This document shows positions 58,207-64,000 of a stretch of DNA of 64,000 nt, one piece after another. The notes under the pieces were generated by a model, which saw nothing but the letters and a program-made list of their open reading frames with translations, did no database searches and had not been told where the DNA came from. Every line of letters begins with the position of its first letter. The stretch's first letter is position 1. The DNA is taken from IMG/VR virus record IMGVR_UViG_3300005466_000026, positions 1 through 64,000 of that record. One strand, given 5' to 3'. A program made the translations under genes and the position numbers. Origin of the DNA: a virus.

Positions 58207-58248
58207 AAAAAGAGACCCACCTAGCCCCGGGACAGGGACTGGTGGGTC
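58207..58248 (-). terminator. Rho-independent terminator of the late/lysis transcript
   Basis: GACCCACC...GGTGGGTC stem, followed on the minus strand by TCTTTTT. Confidence 0.55.
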
Positions 58249-58422
58249 GGACCGGCGAGCATCCAGACGGCCACTGAGTTTTCCGAGCAGGGAGGCGTCA
58301 CTCTAGGGGATAGCTCGGAGTATCCCTTTCTCGGTCGGCGCCGAACAGCGCGTCCGGGTTCCCAGCCAGCAGCGAAGCAAGAAACGCCACCAGCAGAGAG
58401 CCGACTATGACGAACTCGTAGA

Positions 58423-59082
58423 TCATGGCTGATAGTTCGCAGTGCTCTGCATGCTCTTGAACTTCTCTAGCGACGCCACAAGTGGCGGAGGCCTATTATG
58501 TGTTCCGCGTACCGCCTCCACGTGACCGCAGTCAGGTCGGTCCCACTCGCATCCGCTGTAGAGACCAGCTTGTCTGATCCACTTGTCACCTCTGCCGTAG
58601 GCGAGCTCAGGAATTGTTTTATTCCATCCCGTCTGGATGTCGCAGGCGAGACCCTTGTAGTGGTTACTCCCCGAGACGTGTCCTCTGCTGGCGTAGCATC
58701 CGACGAGCTCTTTCGGGATCCGTACATGGTTCTGCTCCAGTATCTCGAAGAACCTGAGGAACTTGTGAGCATAGGCCGGATGCACCGTCAGCTTGAAGCC
58801 CTGCACGGTGACGACCTGTACCATGTTCCACGGCGGAGTCTTTCCGCGAGCGCGATTGCCGTTCGCGTCCACGCGATGCTTCCGCGCCTTCTTCCAGGCG
58901 TGTCTGTTCTTCTTGTACTTCTTGCGATACTGCTGCCTCTCTTCTCCGTACGAGAAGCCGGAGGCCAGTGTGCATCTTCCGTTGTTGTCGCACGAAGTGC
59001 CGTGGTGCCTAGTCGCACCAGCCGACTGAGGAAGAACTAGAACCGCGATAGTCAGCAGCACCAGTAGAACGAGTCTCATCAC
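58423..59082 (-). CDS. Secreted M15-family zinc peptidase (cell-wall hydrolase)
   Basis: Signal peptide; 'SNHYKGLACD' (SxHxxGxAxD) and 'D.GHVE'. Confidence 0.7.
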   Translation of the reverse strand: MMRLVLLVLLTIAVLVLPQSAGATRHHGTSCDNNGRCTLASGFSYGEERQQYRKKYKKNRHAWKKARKHRVDANGNRARGKTPPWNMVQVVTVQGFKLTVHPAYAHKFLRFFEILEQNHVRIPKELVGCYASRGHVSGSNHYKGLACDIQTGWNKTIPELAYGRGDKWIRQAGLYSGCEWDRPDCGHVEAVRGTHNRPPPLVASLEKFKSMQSTANYQP

Positions 59083-59141
59083 TCTCTCCCATCGGGCACC
59101 ATGCCCCGAATTCTAATCATGGCACGTAACGGAGGCGAAGC

Positions 59142-59591
59142 CTAAAAGAAAATGCGCATCCCCACTCCGAACGCCAGAGAAGTCCATATCATGACTACCC
59201 AGAGCACTCCGGCCCAGAACCCCTTGTACGGCGAGATGACGCGGATCCAGCAGGCGATGCCTACTATCATGATCACCGTCAGGACTATGAGAACTTGCGA
59301 GTCCCACTCGTCCACCACGAGCATCCCCTTCACGCCGTGATTACGAGTCCATCTTGTGTACCACAGCACGAGAGTCCGAAGGAAGAACGCGCCTATCATC
59401 GTGGCCAGCGCGATCTCCGGCTTATTCGTGTGGTACATCTTGAGAACGGCCTTCCATCCTCCCCAGTGAGTGGCCAGTACTCTCCAGGAGTGATGCAGAT
59501 GAACAACTATGAAGAAGAGCATCCACAGCAGCACCACAGAGAGAACACCGTTCAGGACCTCCACTACCTGGAAGGGAAATTCGTCGCTCAT
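59142..59591 (-). CDS. Multi-pass membrane protein
   Basis: Four hydrophobic segments; in the lysis cassette. Confidence 0.55.
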   Translation of the reverse strand: MSDEFPFQVVEVLNGVLSVVLLWMLFFIVVHLHHSWRVLATHWGGWKAVLKMYHTNKPEIALATMIGAFFLRTLVLWYTRWTRNHGVKGMLVVDEWDSQVLIVLTVIMIVGIACWIRVISPYKGFWAGVLWVVMIWTSLAFGVGMRIFF

Positions 59592-59769
59592 CTTGACTTG
59601 CCCTCCTTGCGCTTCATTCTTCTTATCATCTTGGACAACTCGTCGACCTCTGTCTCGAGCTGGTCACCCCTCTCGGTGAGTCTGTCCTTGGCCGCATCCA
59701 TCTGGACCTTGTCCAGAGGAGTAGGCTCGTCCCTGTGGAGCCCGATGAACTTCAGTATGGCTGTCATAT

Positions 59770-60111
59770 TCATCTTCGCCTTCTGCTCCCCGTCGTCAGC
59801 AGAGAGCTGAGCTGCTTGATGGCCTCCACCATCTTCTCGCGAGCACTCGACTGCTCGTTCATGGCTTCTACGAAGCTGATCGTCCTGGACATCAGCTCCT
59901 GCTGAGCCTTGTTTCTGTCGCGCCTCTCCCACAGCCAAGCGAGAACGGCGAACATCGCTGCGAAGGGCGACGCAGTCTGCGCCGCCCTCCACAGATCCTT
60001 GAAGGTCCCTCCGTCCTGCCCGGTCTCTCCCATGTAGGCGAAGAGACCAAGAGCACCGACGGCGAAGATGCTCTTCAGAAAGGCGAATAGTCTTTCCCAG
60101 TCCATCTTCAT
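59770..60111 (-). CDS. Holin-like membrane protein
   Basis: Two TM segments, M-K-M dual start, charged coiled-coil C-terminus. Confidence 0.45.
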   Translation of the reverse strand: MKMDWERLFAFLKSIFAVGALGLFAYMGETGQDGGTFKDLWRAAQTASPFAAMFAVLAWLWERRDRNKAQQELMSRTISFVEAMNEQSSAREKMVEAIKQLSSLLTTGSRRRR

Positions 60112-60355
60112 CTCTGCGTGTTGTCCGGATAGTTAGAACCCGGATCAGGGCCGTCTGACATCACTGCTTCCAGCGTGGCGACGGCGTCGTCTAGAAGCCC
60201 GTCTCCGTTGACCTCCGGCCAGTGCTTCTTGATCACTGGAGCGTTGGCCTTCACGAAGTCGAGCACGACACTGCTCTTCCCGGCGCTGCCCTTAGAGAGC
60301 AGCGCCTGGATCTGAGCGTGTCGCCGATAGTAGAAGCCTACCAGCGGGAGCCAGT

Positions 60356-60685
60356 TCATCGGACGAAGTATCCCGTCACGACGAAGCTCTCACCAGCGAC
60401 AGAGACTTTAGCCGTGACTGGTGCCGCCGACTTGAGCCGAGCCGATCTCTTGCGAGCCGACAGCGGGTTCTGCGTGACGACAGCCGAGCAGATCGCCTGA
60501 GCCACCGTGGCGGCAGGCACCGTGTACGGGTTCGGAAAGAAGTTGGCAACGACGACCGCGGTCGGAATGAATCCGCAGATCTGCTGCGTGATCCTCTGGA
60601 TCTCAGAGACGTCCGGAGTACAGGACGTCAAGAACGCCGTCGGCAGCATCGCCGCCGCGACAAGTAAACTTCTAAGACTCTTCAT
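60356..60685 (-). CDS. Lipoprotein (possible spanin component)
   Basis: Signal peptide with lipobox 'LTS/C'. Confidence 0.5.
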   Translation of the reverse strand: MKSLRSLLVAAAMLPTAFLTSCTPDVSEIQRITQQICGFIPTAVVVANFFPNPYTVPAATVAQAICSAVVTQNPLSARKRSARLKSAAPVTAKVSVAGESFVVTGYFVR

Positions 60686-60701
60686 GGCTTCTCCTCTCGG
60701 G

Positions 60702-61454
60702 TTAAGATCTAAGTGACGCTAGGTCTCTCTTCAGCGCATCAAGGTCGTAGCCCCGCGGACTGATCAGACGATTGTCCAGCCACTCCGCGCTGATGTAGGC
60801 TACGGCCTCGTCACAGTAGGTGCTGAAGAACGCTGGCGTCATGGCGTGAGTTCTACCCCAAGTGACGCACAGAATATGTCCAGCACTGTTTCTTCCGACG
60901 ACTGGAACGTAGTGTCCTCCGTCGACCCGTGATCCGGTGACTACGTCCCACGGCTGCTGATCATCGAACTGCTTCTCAGCAGAGACTGGAAAGCGAATTC
61001 CCACGCCAGCGGCGCCGAAGAGATACGTGGCCAGCATCAGCGTGTCCACGTCCCCCGGCTCTATCGCGGCGTAGGCGTCTATCTTATGACGAACTCCGAG
61101 AGCATCCAGAACACCGGTCTTCTGGCGATAGGACGCTGCCTCCTGCATGTCGGTTCCGTTGTCAGACAGCGGATCCCGGGGGTCGAAGCCCGTGATGGCG
61201 GAGTAGTCGCTGAGAACAACTCTGTCGGTGAACTGAACCGGCCTGCCCCGGTCAGTCGACCACAGCATCGTCTCGTGCGCCGCACCGGCCAGCACGCAGT
61301 CTCCCCAGTCGGCGTTACCCAGAACACCCCAGTCGCCGACCCTTGAGAACCTGCCGAACACCCTGGGAGGCGTGGGCAGGGCTGCTCTGTCGAAGTACCG
61401 CGCGAAGCGGAACTTGATGGAGCCGTCTCTAGCTGGCTTCTTTCCTAGCTTCAT
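60702..61454 (-). CDS. Papain-like cysteine peptidase
   Basis: 'GN...GDCV.A', 'D.G', 'GGHYV..VG', 'TWG'. Confidence 0.6.
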   Translation of the reverse strand: MKLGKKPARDGSIKFRFARYFDRAALPTPPRVFGRFSRVGDWGVLGNADWGDCVLAGAAHETMLWSTDRGRPVQFTDRVVLSDYSAITGFDPRDPLSDNGTDMQEAASYRQKTGVLDALGVRHKIDAYAAIEPGDVDTLMLATYLFGAAGVGIRFPVSAEKQFDDQQPWDVVTGSRVDGGHYVPVVGRNSAGHILCVTWGRTHAMTPAFFSTYCDEAVAYISAEWLDNRLISPRGYDLDALKRDLASLRS

Positions 61455-61461
61455 GGCTAAC

Positions 61462-62028
61462 CTACACTATCGGAGGAGATGCTGAGGTGAGTACGTCCAC
61501 GCGCTCCTTCGTGAGGAGACCCGCGGACACGAGATAGTCTAGATCTGCCCTAGTGGCCTTTCCGGCCTGCAGAGCGGCGAAGACCTCCTGCGACTTGGCG
61601 TTGCCGCTGTTGGAGCTGCTGCGAATAGCCTCCTTCTCGGCGTCGGTCATGAGACTCCACCACGACACGACGACTGTCGGCGCGGCCGGAGCAGGCGGAG
61701 CAGGAGGCTGCGGATTGATGAGACGCTCCACGACCTTCTGCTGACCAGCGTCCGCCAGAGTCTTGGACAAGTTAGATCCGAAGAAGAACCCGAGAGCGAT
61801 CAGCACCATGTTGACCAGCGCGGCCAGCACGGTCTTCACCACCTCGTTGATGGTCTGAACGTCCGCCGACCACGTCAGTCGAAGCGTCATGGAGATGACG
61901 CCGATAGCAAACGTTCCGATTAGTATGAGTGCGATTGCTCTCTGCACATCTGACATCCACCCTGACGGGTCGGACGGAGGGTTCGTGGTTATCTTCGGCG
62001 TGGTGCCGTTCGTGTCTGTGTTAGTCAT
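61462..62028 (-). CDS. Probable holin
   Basis: Two TM helices ending 'GFFFGS'; directly downstream of the endolysin. Confidence 0.6.
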   Translation of the reverse strand: MTNTDTNGTTPKITTNPPSDPSGWMSDVQRAIALILIGTFAIGVISMTLRLTWSADVQTINEVVKTVLAALVNMVLIALGFFFGSNLSKTLADAGQQKVVERLINPQPPAPPAPAAPTVVVSWWSLMTDAEKEAIRSSSNSGNAKSQEVFAALQAGKATRADLDYLVSAGLLTKERVDVLTSASPPIV

Positions 62029-62035
62029 CGTGGCT

Positions 62036-62929
62036 TCATCCCTTCTTGGCTAGTGCCGCTACGAGTGCGGCCTCCGTCTTCGGTCCAGGTATTCCGTCGA
62101 TGGCGTCCAGACCTGCCGCCCTCTGAAACTCCTTGATGGCTTCCCGAGTCATGCTCCCGATCCTGCCGTCCTCGTCCAGTGGTCCATATCCCAGCTTATT
62201 GAGAGACTTCTGCAGCCAGAACGCGTCGTGCACGTCCACCGGATCTGACGTCCCGCCGAGCTCTATCGACGACACGTTGTTCTTGAGAACGCGGAGCCAG
62301 GACATCTGATCCTGATATCCGTTCGGAGTGCGCGTGGACCGGGGGTTGCCGAGGTTGATGCCGCGACCGACAGCGAGAGCGTCGTCGGCGTCTGCGTACT
62401 TGTTGAGGCCTAGATCCGTCCACTCCTGCAGCGCGGGCTTGAGAGCGTGCTCTGCCGAGATCACCAGATCCGGATGGTTGTACAGATCCACGCCGATCTT
62501 CTTGCCGATCTCTCTGTAGTTGTATCCGCCGGTGGTCTGCAGTATTCCGCCGCCTCGGAACAGCCAGCCGTCGCCAGGACGCGTGTTGCCGAGCTCCTTG
62601 GCCTTCGCGGGGTTTCCCAGACCGTACACGCGCTCGAACAGCGCGGGACCGTTGCCCACGAGCTTCCTAGCCTCGGCCATAGTCACGTTAGCCGAGTGGT
62701 GGCCCACGCCGAATATCTCGAAGATGCGCTCGGCCGACCTGTAGTTGCCGCTCTCCCACTCGATGGTGAGATCTCCCGTCTCCTGAAACGCGCGAGCTGC
62801 GAAGTGACAGAAGCGCAGCTTCGTGGTGATGCCCGCCTTCTGAAACAGCGCGTCGCCTCTCTCGAAGGCGGCGACGTAGTTGGGCTTCGCGTGCGGACAG
62901 AGCTTTCGTACGACGTCTACTGGTCTCAT
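62036..62929 (-). CDS. GH19 endolysin with C-terminal peptidoglycan-binding domain
   Basis: 'HF.A...QETG', 'GNT.PGDGW.FRGGG.LQTTG..NY', 'LQ..L..LGY...DG.IG..T..A...FQ'. Confidence 0.9.
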   Translation of the reverse strand: MRPVDVVRKLCPHAKPNYVAAFERGDALFQKAGITTKLRFCHFAARAFQETGDLTIEWESGNYRSAERIFEIFGVGHHSANVTMAEARKLVGNGPALFERVYGLGNPAKAKELGNTRPGDGWLFRGGGILQTTGGYNYREIGKKIGVDLYNHPDLVISAEHALKPALQEWTDLGLNKYADADDALAVGRGINLGNPRSTRTPNGYQDQMSWLRVLKNNVSSIELGGTSDPVDVHDAFWLQKSLNKLGYGPLDEDGRIGSMTREAIKEFQRAAGLDAIDGIPGPKTEAALVAALAKKG

Positions 62930-63095
62930 GAGTCCTACTCCTTGTCGCCCGACGCCAGCTTCTCGGCCAGCGCCTGGAGAGCCCACTCGATCTCGTCTGT
63001 CTTTCTTCGGAGATCGATCTTCAGTGTGTCGAAGTCGCCCGCGTCGACGGGCATACCGCGATGCCGAGTGATGCCTTCTAAGATCTCTTGATACG

Positions 63096-64000
63096 TCATG
63101 ACTTCGTCTTTCCGTAGAGGCAGGCTACCCCGCCAGTGTTGATGTTGCCGCTCTCGAACTGAAAGCGGATCGCCGTAATGGCGACAGCCGTGTTGTATCC
63201 TCCTGAGAAGAGCGTCGACGCGAACATGCTAGCTCCGCCGACTGCCGCACCGTAGACACACTGACCGTACATGCGAAAGAAGTTGGTAGCGCCGCTAGGA
63301 TCAGCGAACTTGATTGTCGCGTCGAAGTCCTCGCCGCTGGCGTTACCGACGTCGAGTGTTCCAGACGAGCGCGTCATGTTCATCTGGCCGAGGTTCGTGT
63401 TGATGGCGGTCGCCTCTGTCGCGCTGGCCTGTGCGCGAACATAGGAACTGTAGCCCGCAGTCTGGTAGGTCGGACCGCCACCCGTGCCGATGCGCAGCCA
63501 AGCCTCGACGTCGTCGGTGGCAGGCTGACATCCGGAGATTACTAGCTCGTAGGTGTCGTAGGTGCTGTCGAGAACGACTTGTCCCACGCCGTCGGTCGGA
63601 GTCGCGCCGTGGACGAAGTCGATAGATCCCCGAGCCGCCGTGAGCTGCACTCGGCTGATGAGCTTGGATCCCACGGCCACGACCGCCGCAGGAGTGTATC
63701 CGACTACGACGTACTTCGCTATCCCGCTGTCGTAGTGCAGCAGATAGTTCGCGTTGATGCGGAGAGCGCCAGCGGTGAGCGCGGTGCCCTCGGCGTCCAC
63801 CACAGCCACCGCGCCGGACGCGTTGATGTTCAGAGTGACGGCTCCGGAGTTGGTGGCGGCTGGCTTCAGTATGAAGTTCATGTTGCCGTCCAGAGCGCCC
63901 GTCAGCGCCGGAGCAGCAGTCGCCGTGACAGTGTTCGTGCCAGAGACAGCCGTGAGAGTTATGGTCGCCCGATTCCAGAGACCAGTGATCTCCTCCAGAA
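63096..64000 (-). CDS. Tail fibre-like protein (5' end beyond the window)
   Basis: Frame open to the edge; 'NSGAVTLNIN', 'STYDTYEL', 'AITAIRF....GNI..G...LYG'. Confidence 0.7.
   Translation of the reverse strand, partial: LEEITGLWNRATITLTAVSGTNTVTATAAPALTGALDGNMNFILKPAATNSGAVTLNINASGAVAVVDAEGTALTAGALRINANYLLHYDSGIAKYVVVGYTPAAVVAVGSKLISRVQLTAARGSIDFVHGATPTDGVGQVVLDSTYDTYELVISGCQPATDDVEAWLRIGTGGGPTYQTAGYSSYVRAQASATEATAINTNLGQMNMTRSSGTLDVGNASGEDFDATIKFADPSGATNFFRMYGQCVYGAAVGGASMFASTLFSGGYNTAVAITAIRFQFESGNINTGGVACLYGKTKS

Noticed and set aside
1-64000. tRNA genes, integrase/repressor, reverse transcriptase/DGR
   Set aside because: None recognised by eye; the part of the genome outside the window cannot be assessed

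Overview
The whole window is one tailed dsDNA phage genome segment with an HK97-type head and no host genes. A GcrA homologue, an RHH_4 protein and a perfect CtrA box point to an alphaproteobacterial host. Layout: (1) 1-12.8 kb, minus strand: NusG/RfaH-like antiterminator, HNH, terminase, fused protease-capsid, portal, collagen-like protein, head-tail connector, a glycosyltransferase and lectin-like virion proteins. (2) 12.8-13.3 kb: AT-rich TATCA-repeat array. (3) 13.3-29.8 kb, plus strand: many small early genes, including TylF O-methyltransferase, RtcB and GcrA. (4) 29.8-38 kb, minus strand: early genes behind a ~560-nt structured non-coding region and a CtrA box. (5) 38.6-56.3 kb, minus strand: a translationally coupled replication and DNA-modification operon. 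(6) SNF2 helicase, lysis cassette and tail fibre. The most notable element is the modification cluster. It combines the M6/YuA-type 5-hydroxymethyluracil pathway (dUMP hydroxymethylase, HD phosphatase, Nmad1-like protein, P-loop kinase, aGPT-Pplase1 helical domain) with a T4 beta-glucosyltransferase-like enzyme, a radical SAM/SPASM enzyme and a small-molecule-type methyltransferase, and it lacks the usual amino acid:DNA transferase. This predicts a sugar-based (base J-like or further tailored) thymidine hypermodification. All calls come from reading motifs by eye; no database searches were run.
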